Notes: generated by a model not told the origin, from the sequence alone. Shown: positions 27,390 through 39,626, counted from the first letter of the stretch. The stretch: DNA of 64,000 nucleotides from Eledone cirrhosa (GCA_964016885.1 OZ024743.1:279930001-279994000), one strand, 5' to 3'. Translations and numbers: made by a program.

Positions 27390-27850
27390 ATATATATATA
27401 CATACATATATGTATGTATATATATATGTATGTATGTATATACATACGTTCGTATGAATCTATATATCTACGTTCGTATAAATGTATACGTGTGAATGCT
27501 GTAGCTATTAGTAAGCAACACAATACTTTATTGGATTGAGCTACAAAATAAAAAAAAGCTTCAATCTCTCACTACAACTCCCCCGTGGGGTTGTTTTGAA
27601 TGAATATAGAATCGTCTATTTCTTTACGCCCCAATCACCGTAACGTTCTCTCACCATTCTCCAACCATTCACTTCCCCAGCAGCACCATCCAAATCCTTT
27701 CAAAATATAGAAATGGACCTATTTATGATGTGTGATTGCGTACGTATTTGTGTGCATTTGTATACATGTTACAACACAATCATTCTCACGTTCAAACGCA
27801 TATGTATACACACACAGACACACACCTATACATAGGTATATATATATATG

Positions 27851-27952
<102 letters not shown>

Positions 27953-28112
27953 CATATATATATACACATTTGTGTGTGTGTGTATGTATATATATATATA
28001 AAGATATATATATATATATATATAAATATATATATATATATTTTATATATATATTTTTATATATATATCTTTATATATATATCTTTATATATATATATAC
28101 ACACACACACAA

Positions 28113-28186
<74 letters not shown>

Positions 28187-28187
28187 T

Positions 28188-28230
<43 letters not shown>

Positions 28231-28324
28231 ATATATATATAAAGATATATATATATATATATTTATATATATTTATTTATTTATATATAACTATGTATAT
28301 ATATATATACATATATATATATAT

Positions 28325-28380
<56 letters not shown>

Positions 28381-28728
28381 TCATACAAACAAAGATATAT
28401 ACGGACATATGTAAAAATATATTTACACACTGAACATCATTTTTAAGTGTCTAACAACTGGGTCAAATATTTTTACTATATATCCACTCTTGTAAAATGT
28501 CAAGTTGTTGTTTTTTAGCTGTGATTCCAAAATCAATCCACATCTCACCTCTATCGTATTCACAACTTTATTGATAATTTACTAAATTTGTTTTTCCTCT
28601 TTTCAGTGTTTTTAATCTCTTCTTCTCAATCTCTCTCGTTTGACCTCTTCCGTGTCTCATTCTCTGACATTGTCTCACACACACTCATACACACTTAAAC
28701 GCATACACACATATATATATATATAAAC

Positions 28729-28767
<39 letters not shown>

Positions 28768-28863
28768 TATGTATATATATATATATATATTTATATATAA
28801 ATATAAATATATGTATATATATGAAGATATATATATGCATATTTATATATATATATATATATA

Positions 28864-28947
<84 letters not shown>

Positions 28948-29216
28948 AATATATTCATATATATATATATATATATAACAATATATTTAGAAACACACAG
29001 ATACATGCGGACACACACATATACATGAATGCATCCACACCCAACCGTGGGTTGAGGGTGTCAACCTCACCGATGTTGCTCAATGAATGACTGGGACAGA
29101 CCATTCCGGTTGAACCAGACTGAACCAGTATCAGAGTTAAGATACATTATGAAGAGAGAAGAAACATTTAGATATAATTAGTAATGAAATGTATCATACC
29201 TAAACTGCTCCTAGAT

Positions 29217-29306
29217 TCCTCGACTACGTAGTTTCGTGGCATAAACAAAAACAATACATCATAAAGATATAGAGTCCCTGCGAGGTCTGCCGACTTATCA
29301 AGAGGA
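29217..29306 (-). ncRNA. Variant type I hammerhead (U3-A8 core, long stem II)
   Basis: Reverse complement of 30105-30194. Confidence 0.75.
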
Positions 29307-29809
29307 TACCTCATTTTACTAGTCTCAAGAACGCGTCTACACGACGTGAGAAAGAATCCCAAAAGGCGGAGGGGGAGATAGTCACGCGATATAACGGTCG
29401 AGAAACAGAGCTAAGCCTCTTATAACCCCGAAGAAAATACCACAGAGGCGGAGGGGGTATTTATATCGAAGCCGTAGAAGAGGTGGTGAAGGAGGCGAGA
29501 AGTATGAGTAATGGCAGCTTTCCAGCAGCCACCACACTTCAAAGATTACTCAACCAGAGGGAGTTATTAACAATATATTTAGAAACACACAGATACATGC
29601 GGACGCACACATATACATGAATGCATCCACACCCAACCGTGAGTTAAGGGTGCCAACCTCACCGATGTTGCTCAATGAATGACTGGGACAGACCAATCCG
29701 GTTGAACCAGACTGAACCAGTATCAGAGTTAAAAATACATTATGAAGAGAGAAGAAACATTTAGATATAATTAGTAATGAAATGTATCATACCTAAACTG
29801 CTCCTAGAT

Positions 29810-29899
29810 TCCTCGACTACGTAGTTTCGTGGCATAAACAAAAACAATACATCATAAAGATATAGAGTCCCTGCGAGGTCTGCCGACTTATCAAGAGGA
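29810..29899 (-). ncRNA. Variant type I hammerhead (U3-A8 core, long stem II)
   Basis: Reverse complement of 30105-30194. Confidence 0.75.
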
Positions 29900-30104
29900 T
29901 ACCTCATTTTACTAGTCCCCTTCACCACCTCTTCTACGGCTTCGATATAAATACCCCCTCCGCCTCTGTGGTATTTTCTTCGGGGTTATAAGAGGCTTAG
30001 CTCTGTTTCTCGACCGTTATATCGCGTGACTATCTCCTCCTCCGCCTTTTGGGATTCTTTCTCACGTCGTGTAGACGCGTTCTTGAGACTAGTAAAATGA
30101 GGTA

Positions 30105-30194
30105 TCCTCTTGATAAGTCGGCAGACCTCGCAGGGACTCTATATCTTTATGATGTATTGTTTTTGTTTATGCCACGAAACTACGTAGTCGAGGA
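30105..30194 (+). ncRNA. Variant type I hammerhead (U3-A8 core, long stem II)
   Basis: TCCTC-TTGATAA-GT(C)GGCA...TGCCAC-GAAA-CTACGTAG-TC-GAGGA; predicted cleavage after C30189. Confidence 0.75.
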
Positions 30195-30263
30195 ATCTAG
30201 GAGCAGTTTAGGTATGATACATTTCATTACTAATTATATCTAAATGTTTCTTCTCTCTTCATA

Positions 30264-30341
<78 letters not shown>

Positions 30342-30353
30342 TGAGTGTGACAT

Positions 30354-30462
<109 letters not shown>

Positions 30463-31992
30463 AGCGAAGTCAATGACAATAAAATAAGTGAAATCTCCCT
30501 TACACATTTGAAGAGAAGAAGTAACTTTGACGTTCTTCGAATTCTGAAAACAGTCAGCAAAAAAAATATTTCCTACAATATCGAATTAATTCAAGCTTCG
30601 AAAACAAGGATGATGCAGTAAGGACCGCATCTTTTTAGATATTAGTCTCGTGAAAACAACGTACATATGATGGTGATAGTGGGTGGTGGACGTAATGGTG
30701 CTGGTGGTGAGGATGTAGGTGGTGGTGGTATTTGTGGGGCTTGATGGAGCAGGTGCTGGTGGTGTTAGTGGGGGAGGGGGTCTTCTAAGGTGAGTATGTT
30801 TGTTGTTGTTGAAGCTGCTGTTGTTTATAATCTCCTGGTGAGTGACACTTGATGAGACCAAAACTTTATAGAGTTCTCAATATGCAATTGCTGAAAAGAT
30901 TCAACCAGAAAACACAAAAGAAATACAAATTTCAGTAATTGACTTCTAGAAAGTTGCCCATTAAACAATTGTTGAACTAATGGTTTCCTCCGAAAAATAT
31001 ATTGGTGTCATAGTTTACAAACACTTCGCCTAGGTAAGAGAAGAGAATTTTAGTAAAACCAGAAATACAGAAAGCTGTCAAGTTCCACCCGCCTCTTTAA
31101 GTGTTTGAATTTTACGAAAAAATAAACATCACATTATAACTAGAGATAGCCGAAATCTCGCAGGGTACACTCATATAATGGTGAAAGATGCGATAATAAC
31201 ATTGATTCATGAAACTGTAAAAAGAGCGCAGATAAGCAACTATACACGCGTATCGCTTACATCACAGTTTCCGAAAGATCCCGAGAGAATTATATGTTGA
31301 AGGATATAAAGCTCTTTAGAAAAAAAATAGCGTTTCCATAATTCTCAATACGATACCTTCTGCGGAAGAAACTACTTGTCAGTTTTCCAGTAATATAACG
31401 AAATCCCATATAGTTATTCTGTAGATAAAATGTTGATTTTCCTAAACATTTTTCACAAAGCGAACCATGTTATCTTATGTCAAATGCTGACTACAACCAG
31501 TAATGGACTTACCTATAAGCTAAATGAGCTATAACTTAGGACCACACACCTTCGGGGCATCATTTTCCAAAATATATTTTTTATTTTATCATTAGTTTTT
31601 ATGCTTTAACACTAAATCATCAGAAATTAGGGCCTCAAATTTCTTATAGCTTAGGGTGTGAGCAGTTGAAATTACGGTCCTGACTACAATCGGTATAGCA
31701 GAGTGTTTGGGTTCGTAGACCTCTAATTTATTTAAAGACTAAAATATTGACATAAAACAGAACTGGTGGGTTTCTAAACAACAACAATTAAGATAGGAAG
31801 GAAAAGGAATTGAGACAACCATCAAATGAACCCCAGGAAATAATGTTTCTATTGTTCTTTCCATTGATTTGACACTATCTGCCGGGCACAACTCCTAGCA
31901 GATGAATAACACGAAATAAAGTATTTTATTATAACAATTTTTATAGCTATTTACGTTGGATTGACTATATTTCGCATATACATGTATATATA

Positions 31993-32189
31993 AATAGGAA
32001 AATGTTTAACCCCGATAGCAGAGCTCAAGCCGTTTCGACGGCTATTTCTAGTCCAGAAATAGCCGTCGAAACGGCTTGAGCTCTGCCGTTGGGGTTAAAC
32101 ATTTTCCTATTACCCACTCTACTAACGTAAGTATTGAGTATTCTCGTGCGTTATGGCTCATCTGGTTCCTTACCACACTTCCTCCGTTA
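31993..32189. mobile_element. Head-to-head short pLTR copies of family A
   Basis: 31993-32048 and 32049-32189 are inverted relative to each other and match 32504-32644; flanked by TA repeats. Confidence 0.85.
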
Positions 32190-32351
32190 TATATATATAT
32201 ATAGTTGTATATATATAGTTGTATATGTATATATATATATATAGTTTTCCAAGAGATGGCTCCATGAATGGACCTGTTATTTTTCTCTAAAAGCAATTTT
32301 TTTCCAATTCCACTCCTCCTTTCCCTTCAATTTATCTAATTTCTCATTCTT

Positions 32352-32387
32352 TCTTCTGATGAAGGACTAGCGTCCGAAAACTTAAGA
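32352..32387 (+). ncRNA. Degenerate minimal hammerhead in a pLTR remnant (~32243-32462)
   Basis: TCTT-CTGATGA-A-GGAC(TAGC)GTCC-GAAA-AC-TT-AAGA; stem III is imperfect. Confidence 0.55.
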
Positions 32388-32465
32388 CCTTCTTCCTGCT
32401 ATATCAAGTGGTAACCTAATATATTCCTGTACCGATTGTGTTGTTATTTCTGTTTACCTTTTATA

Positions 32466-32506
<41 letters not shown>

Positions 32507-32597
32507 CGAAGGAAGTGTGGTAAGGAACCAGGTGGACCATAACGCACCAAAGTACTCAATACTTGAGGTAGTAGAGTGGGTAATAGGAACCAGTAAG

Positions 32598-32691
32598 ACC
32601 CCGACAGCTGAGCTCAAGCCGTTTCGACGGCTAATTCTGGACTAAATGAAAATTTATCCTGGTATTTAAATAGCCAATCTTCTCGAGGGGT
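32598..32691 (-). ncRNA. Variant type I hammerhead (U3-C4...A8 core, long stem II) in the PLE 3' pLTR
   Basis: Minus strand: ACCCC-TCGAGAA-GAT(T)GGCTATTT..31 nt..AATTAGCCGTC-GAAA-CGGCT(TGAGCTC)AGCTG-TC-GGGGT. Confidence 0.7.
32663..32672 (-). promoter_or_regulatory. Putative TATA box (TATTTAAATA) of the pLTR, with Inr-like TCATTTAGT about 20-30 nt from its start
   Basis: Same context as TATAAATACC in families B (~13011) and C (~29946); short copies of family A begin at the Inr-like site. Confidence 0.45.
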
Positions 32692-33793
32692 AATTCCATA
32701 TATGGTCAAAGTGATTGTCAAAAATCAGTAGTAATTCTGTGGTTGCAAATTAGTAGGGGAGATGGTGGCTAAACCTGCCAGTAGAAGAAAGAGGGGAGGG
32801 GGTGGAGTAGACCCAATCGAGCGTTGGTAGTGCCAGCTACAGCTGGGCATGAGGTCAAAGAAGATACAGGGGAGGGGGAGGGGGAGGAAGTCGGAACGGT
32901 AGGTAGAACAATGGGGGGTAGAAATATATAGGAAAGAAAAAATACTGAGAGTGAAGAAAAGCCAATAAGTGTAAAGAAAAAAGTAAAGTAAATTAAAATC
33001 TACGACCTAGGTCTCTAGCTATTGTTAGGCTAGAATAAATAAATAAAGAAAGAAAGAAAGAAGTAAAGAAAGAAATAAAGAAATAACGAAATAAGTAAAA
33101 GAACTAGGTGGGACGGAATAGGCAAGGACCCTTTTAAGAGGTATAAGTACGTAAATGATACGGTGACGGGTCAACAAAAGGGGCCAAAATACTAAAGAGA
33201 CTACCACGAAATAAACAATAAAGGTTTCCATCCCGGGCACAATGCCAGCAATCACCCAGTGCAGCAAAGTGAACTAGTACGAGATAATAATTCTGAGTCC
33301 CGAGAAAAATATATACTAATGCTAACTCTAAAAGATCTAAAACAAGCTACATGAAAGTTCGTACGAAGTAAAGGTCGAATACGGAAAAATAAATTCAGAA
33401 TCCACCCCGCCCAAAAGAAAAGCGAAGAAAGAAATACTGAAACGAAAAAATAAGGCATAAGTGCCACTAAGAAATATAGAGGGCACAGAGAATAGTGGGA
33501 GCGGTCGGGAAAAGGGGACAAGTATCTGGGGTCTAAACCAACTGCTATAAAGGGCGGAGTCCGCCAAATCTATCATAGACTAGGGGAGAGGGTGGGGGTA
33601 CTAAGGCTACAAGGGGCCAAAGGGCAGCCTCGAGTGGGCGAGAAAAGACGCCGACAAAGGAGAAGAGCTGGGGTAGAAGGACTAAGGAGAGAGGGGGGAA
33701 GGAAATAAAGGAAGCAATAAAAGAATACAAAGAAGATCTTACGTCTCCCTTGGCAAGCAGGGGTTACCCATTGCAAAATCGGCAAGTGGGGTG

Positions 33794-35959
33794 TTATAGC
33801 CCTAGTCTACCCCCCGGGTCATTATGGGGTTTGAGGGCGAGATAAGTCCTACGCAATCTATGTTTACATGCAGTAACCAGTTCATCTTTCTTGTTTAGGA
33901 GTTGGTCCGTCGAAAACAGCATTTGTAAAGTTTCCTCCGAGCATAAATTGCACGGACGGCGTCCTCCCGTGTAAGAATTGGCTCTGGACAGTAATCTCCA
34001 AGTGAGATCATAGGTGATGTTGTTGTCCTTGAGGTCCCATATGTGGCCCGAAAGTGTAGTGGCGTGACGCCGGGCCGGGTTTCGGAAGGTATGTCTATGT
34101 TGGTATAGCCGGGTCTTGAAGTCACATGCGGTAAGTCCTATATAGGCTTTGTTGGAGGTATCCGTCCTCACGTTGCACTGGTAGATCACATTACGGTCTC
34201 TGCATCTATTGTCGAGTGGGCAAATAGATCTATCCGGGCAGTTACACCTCCTGGTCGGTTCTCCACTGCTATTTAGGTTATTTCTGCCATCGGGGTTGAG
34301 TTTTTTGTTGTTAGAGGAGACGATGTTTTGTGCGAAGTTTGGTGTAGTGCTGTAAGAGAGTTTGATGGTATTTTTGTTAATTATGTTGTGGTAGCGGTAT
34401 TGTAATGGGAAGTGTTTTTCAATGAGCCTAAAGAATAGTTTCTCGATGGGAGTTGTCACCTCTGCGTTGTGGGGAGGATTGAACCATGTTACATTGCGTG
34501 AGCGGCGGTGTCTCCTGCTGGTTCGGCTAATGGGAGCTGGACAGTAGGATATTTCCTCCCGGAAACCACTCCGCTTGAGGGCCTGGTTGTAATAAGGCGC
34601 ATGTTCATCGAATATCCGCTCATTAGCTGACAAACAGGATGTGCGGAGGGAGATGTTTTTGACCAGGTTGTTTGTGATGTTCCTAGGATGGTTTGATCGG
34701 CGGTGGATGTAGTGCAGATTGTCATTAGGTTTCCTGTATGGGTAGTACAGGTCGTTTTCGAGGTCGAGAGTCACGTCCAGGAAGTTTACTCGGGTCAGGG
34801 ACGTTTGTAGGGTTATTTTAAATCCCCAGTTGCGGAAGAATCTGATTAATTGTTTCCGGACCCGATCTGTACTACTGGGGTTGTACCCTTTAAGGGTAAG
34901 GAGCCCATCATCACGGTACAATCCACCACCGAATGCAGGAAACATATCAGTGAGTTTGGCTATTAGGAATAATCCTATAAGATCTGTGACCTCCGCCGAA
35001 TCCGTGGTGCCCATGCTGACGTCGAAGGGTGAGTCGGGAGCTCTTTTTATCCATTTAGAGTCGTCAAAGAGTAAGACTGTCTTCCTGGCGTGGAGGATGA
35101 TTTTTCTTTCCTGGTCGGTGATGGGCACAAGTGTTTCGGCGAAGTCCAAGGCGGCAGTAAGTAGCGGTAAGGTGATTGAAGCATAGTAGCTCTCTATGTC
35201 GAACTGTATGAATTTAGTTTCTCGTTTATCCTCCATATTGCTGAACCAGGAGATTACTTCCTGGGTGTTGATCCATAGGCTAAGTCGGGTGTGTTGCTTG
35301 ACTTTTGGTATCACGCGGTCTAGGATTTTTTTGCTGATTCTCCCTATGTCGGACTTCGTTGGGTTAATAAGCCTGATAGAGGGTTTACGGTCAAAATCGG
35401 ATTTATGGTCCTTGAGTGTGAAGTATGGTGTCCGTGGGTCTAGAGGTTCCGTGCGGTCGGCGACCCCGAGGCTGGAGGTGATTTGTTGTCCATCTCGATT
35501 TATGTCCTCGATGCAAGAGTAGTTGGCCTTTTTATAGGTGGAGTTTAGGCTGCTCCTGATCAGTGTGTGGTATCTGTCAGGGTTGACAAAGTATAGGTTC
35601 CCAGTTTTATCCGAATGCACCATGATGTCATTTGTGTTATCATACTCTGTTAAGTTGCTACGGAGTTTTTGTAGGAATCGGTTGTGTCTGGGTTTAAATT
35701 TAATGTTCTTGACCAGTTGGAAGAGGTCATTCTCGAAGGGTGCGAGCAAGGGGTTCAGGGGCGGAGATTTGAAGGTAATAAATCCGAATCTCTCCTTGGT
35801 GCCGAAGTCTTGGTTGTCGCAATATCTGTCATAGAAAAAAGTTCTCCATCTAAGTCTTTTCGCAAATAGATTGATTTTTTGCGTGAGCATCCGAAGGTTA
35901 AGTTTTTTCGGTGGGATTGGGATGTTCTTGGTAGAGAAGTGAATGTTGTGTTTTCGCAT
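33794..35959 (-). CDS. PLE polyprotein: reverse transcriptase + Cys linker + C-terminal GIY-YIG endonuclease (721 aa from MRKHNIHF)
   Basis: RT motifs FIQFDIESYYASI, DVSMGTTDSAEV, GLYRDDGL, VNFLDVTL, YRKP/SNHP; linker CNCPDRSICPLDNRC; endonuclease NVIYQC..AYIGLT..FKTRLYQH..LSGHIW..CNLCSEE..LLNK. The ORF-track extension to 36211 runs through the terminal repeat and microsatellite. Confidence 0.95.
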   Translation of the reverse strand: MRKHNIHFSTKNIPIPPKKLNLRMLTQKINLFAKRLRWRTFFYDRYCDNQDFGTKERFGFITFKSPPLNPLLAPFENDLFQLVKNIKFKPRHNRFLQKLRSNLTEYDNTNDIMVHSDKTGNLYFVNPDRYHTLIRSSLNSTYKKANYSCIEDINRDGQQITSSLGVADRTEPLDPRTPYFTLKDHKSDFDRKPSIRLINPTKSDIGRISKKILDRVIPKVKQHTRLSLWINTQEVISWFSNMEDKRETKFIQFDIESYYASITLPLLTAALDFAETLVPITDQERKIILHARKTVLLFDDSKWIKRAPDSPFDVSMGTTDSAEVTDLIGLFLIAKLTDMFPAFGGGLYRDDGLLTLKGYNPSSTDRVRKQLIRFFRNWGFKITLQTSLTRVNFLDVTLDLENDLYYPYRKPNDNLHYIHRRSNHPRNITNNLVKNISLRTSCLSANERIFDEHAPYYNQALKRSGFREEISYCPAPISRTSRRHRRSRNVTWFNPPHNAEVTTPIEKLFFRLIEKHFPLQYRYHNIINKNTIKLSYSTTPNFAQNIVSSNNKKLNPDGRNNLNSSGEPTRRCNCPDRSICPLDNRCRDRNVIYQCNVRTDTSNKAYIGLTACDFKTRLYQHRHTFRNPARRHATTLSGHIWDLKDNNITYDLTWRLLSRANSYTGGRRPCNLCSEETLQMLFSTDQLLNKKDELVTACKHRLRRTYLALKPHNDPGGRLGL

Positions 35960-36128
35960 GGTGCGGGTGAAATGAATTGAGCTTAGCGGAAAAGTCTGGA
36001 TACGGCGTGGTAGGGTCGGAAAGTGCTCTACTACGGGAGTATGAGCTAGATAACGAAGGAAGTGTGGTAAGGAACCAGGTGGACCATAAAGCACCAAAGT
36101 ACTCAATACTTGAGGTAGTAGAGTGGGT

Positions 36129-36171
<43 letters not shown>

Positions 36172-36294
36172 TTAAATATATATCGATCTCATTATACGAT
36201 AAAATGCTCAATGAACATTAAGGAGTAAAATCCAAGATTTCATACCATAATTTCTACAGTACTGTTCAGGAACAATAATATTTATATTTAGCAA

Positions 36295-36352
<58 letters not shown>

Positions 36353-36423
36353 TTATATATATACATATATATATTTATATATATATTTATATATATATGC
36401 ATATATATATATATATGTATATA

Positions 36424-36467
<44 letters not shown>

Positions 36468-39400
36468 CAATATATTAACAAATGGAAACTATATTTATAA
36501 AACCATATTTATTTCATTATACATATTTCAAGGGCCACCAAGGCAGATTATGGTGCGCTTTCATCAGATAAAATATAATATAGATTAGTTTTATAAATAA
36601 ATATTGACATACCCTGAAAAATGTAACCTTTACTACAATTAAATGTTGAGTGCTTTATATCAGTTATAAAAATATTTTGCTTGTTGTATCCCAACAAATT
36701 AAATATAACCTCTACATACATATATTTATATATATATATGTATATATATTGAGTTCTGTGTTTGCTTACACAGACAAGACCTGCTGGTGAATGAACATTG
36801 ATGTCCAGGAAACCTCTGGTTGAAACTCTCATACATAAACCTACTCGATAAACTTATAGTAATGTGTCATTTGAGGGAATTTGTTTGATATTTCTAGCAG
36901 TTGAAACGATCCCACAGGTGTTCTCTCGTGCTATTGGTTAGTTTCCTCTCATGAACGTCCATAGCTGCTATTTTTCTCATCCAGTCACATTTGTCATTAT
37001 AGCTACACCATTTCCCGTTCTTTATATCCTGCGTTCAAATCCCGCCAAGGTCAACTTTGCTTTCCTCCTATCGAGGTCGATAAAATAAAGTACCAGTCAA
37101 GTACTGGGGTCGATATAATTGACTTGCCCTTCCCTCCAATATTTCTGTTCTTAAGCATAAATTAGAAACCGTTATTGCTACACTATGATAACCTCCATCA
37201 CTAGTTTTTCGCGGGAAAGATTACTATTGTTGCTCTGATTTTTATTGTTGTTTGTGATTGTTATAGTTGCTGCTGCTGTGGTAACTGCTGCTCTCGCTGC
37301 TACAACTGTTGTTGATGCTATTATATCTTGCTAATACTGTGGCTGTTAACGTTATAGATGCTGCTGTTGTTATTGTCTTGGTAGTTGTTGTAACTGATAC
37401 TGCTGCTGTTGTTGATGCTATCATATCTTGCTAATACTGCTGCTGTTAACGTTATAACTGCTGCTGTTAATCCCATAACTGCTGCTGTTGCTAACACTAT
37501 AACTGCTACTACAGCTACTGTTATTTTCAGTGCTGATGCTGGTTTTGTTACTGCTACTGCTACTGCTATTGTTTTGCTACTACTTCTGCTTCCTTTGTTA
37601 TAATTGCTGATACTGCTGCTAGTATTACTCTTATGAGAGAAGTTACTGCTGCTGCTGTTGTGATTGATAGCTACTGTTTTTGTTTTTGTTGGTGATTTAA
37701 CTCTACTGCTGCTGTTGTATTAATGCTGTTGGCAATAATTTCATTACTAATACCAATTTTTGCTGATTTTATTGTCATTTTTCAGGCTATTGTTGCTATT
37801 GACGAGGTTTGCTATGCTGTGACACCTTGGCCAGTGGCATCTATGGAAATTGGGGGTCATATAAATAACAAAACTCTAGCCATGGTGCCGTGCGGTAGGA
37901 TCGAAACTTAAACTATATATTTGAGAAATGAACTTCTGAGCCACATACTTATACTGATTTGTATGACTATTAGATTTGTTAATGTGTTTGTTGTTGTTAT
38001 TTTTTTATCCTAGATTAGTTCAGCCATCATTCAGCATATATATTATTAATGGCGTTCCAGCAAAAACTATGCCGTGTTAATTTCATATTATATCCTATAT
38101 TATCACCGAGAGTGTGATTTTGTAGCAAACATGGTTGTTCTCTTCTTTATAGAGAGAGGCCACCACCTATGCGCTTAATTTACTCTCCGGTATCCGCGTT
38201 ATTCAAAAATCATCCATGCTCAAGGCTTTTATATAAATCTTCTTTTGTACGACGAGGCTTTGATGGAAGCGTATCCTCAGGTTCTCTGGAGGCTGAATAA
38301 ACATGATTCGGGTAGAAATTAGAACCTTCCCCCTTACGTAGAATACGATGCTGAGAGTTTTACATTTTTTTTTTATTTTTAAAAAAGGATTTTCCGACAG
38401 CCTATGTTGAAAGACTGATGAGGATGATGGTTGTAGTTTATCAGGAGAAGGACAGGAGTGGTTATTTGTATTGATGAGGCGGAAGTTTATAGTTGTTGCA
38501 TATGATAATGTTCATGATAGTAGTTAATTGCTGTAATAATTGTAGTAGTGTAACTGATATTATATGTGATGTTTATCTGTCACTTAAAAGGCTGAGTTTA
38601 AAATACTACAACATCAAAAGTTGCCAATTGGTACACTTTGCATTATTGTCACCATACTCAAGGTTGTTCAAGTAGCAAAACGTGGTAACAATGACCATTG
38701 ACCATTTCTTACATTGGAAGATGGGCAAACAGCTGCAGTGGTGTGGGTGGGAAAGTCGAAGAAAGATAGAGTTGTTTTTATCGACCCAACAACTTTATTG
38801 ATTTTGTCGACACGACTCCGGAAAGAGAAATGACAAAGTTGACCTGGGTGTGATTTGAACCCAGAAAGTAAGTAAAGAAACATTTCCAAATATCGAGAGT
38901 CATTTTTGTTTTTGTTACTGTTCTTGTTCTACCAGATTTTCAGTCGCAAAAACACTTTGTGAACCACACTCGACACGTTCAGTCCTTGTTGCCTATAGAC
39001 TGCACCGTTGATTTAGGTGTTTTTTTGTTTTTTATTTGTTTGTTGTTTTTTGCTGGAGCATGCCTCTTTAAGTACGAGTTTGTGACAGTCAACTTCATTG
39101 GTCTTGTGTGTTAATTGAGCTCTTGGCACTGCCGTGCAAATTTCTGTTCGCCCACTTCTCTGCTGCAATATCCATCAGTTTCTCTTCTCTGACATTGGGT
39201 TCTAGTTCAGCGTACTTCTTCATCTCATTCGTACATCTCCGACACTATCTCATAATTCTGTAATGATATTGAACGCCTTCGTGTCTCTCATAGCAATAAC
39301 AACATCAATAACAAAACCAACAACTTTATTACGAACCAAGACAGTGTGTAGCAGTCGTATTTCTCTTCAATCACAATTTTCTGCTGAAAAATAAAAGGGG

Positions 39401-39626
39401 CATAGCTCTGTTGGTATCAAACTACTTGAAACCGCCACTGTTTCGGAGTTATAAATTAATTTATTTTAAGTTATATAATTGTATGAAAGAACTTTTGTTA
39501 ATTTAGGCTCCAAACACCAGTTATGTAATGAAAAAGTTAGTCATAAATCCCTCCAAATTCTTATTTTCAAAATTAATTGAAAATCATAGGCAGCGGTATT
39601 TTTTTATTATTATTAGAAATATGGAG

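Larger units (their letters stand above)
28976..30269 (-). mobile_element. ORF-less PLE-type insertion: full pLTR, partial tandem pLTR and inverted pLTR (family C)
   Basis: 28976-29567 is partly repeated at 29568-29917 (offset ~592); 29919-30269 is an inverted copy of ~29142-29492; (TA)n on both flanks; TATAAATACC box and three HHR motifs. Confidence 0.85.
32504..36131 (-). mobile_element. Apparently full-length Penelope-like retroelement (family A)
   Basis: Intact RT + GIY-YIG ORF; 81-bp direct terminal repeat (32504-32584 vs 36051-36131, one mismatch); (TA)n on both sides; ~1.3-kb 3' region. Confidence 0.93.

Noticed and set aside
29168-30243. Identical 64-aa ORFs on opposite strands
   Set aside because: By-product of the inverted pLTR duplication; no protein motif, and they overlap the ribozyme motif.
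35960-36211. N-terminal 84 codons of the 805-aa ORF
   Set aside because: They run through flank, (TC)n/(TA)n and the terminal repeat; PLE-like sequence starts near MRKHNIHF.
39085-39260. Short minus-strand frame MKKYAELEPNVREEKLMDIAAEKW
   Set aside because: About 42 codons, no recognised family and no clear splice context.
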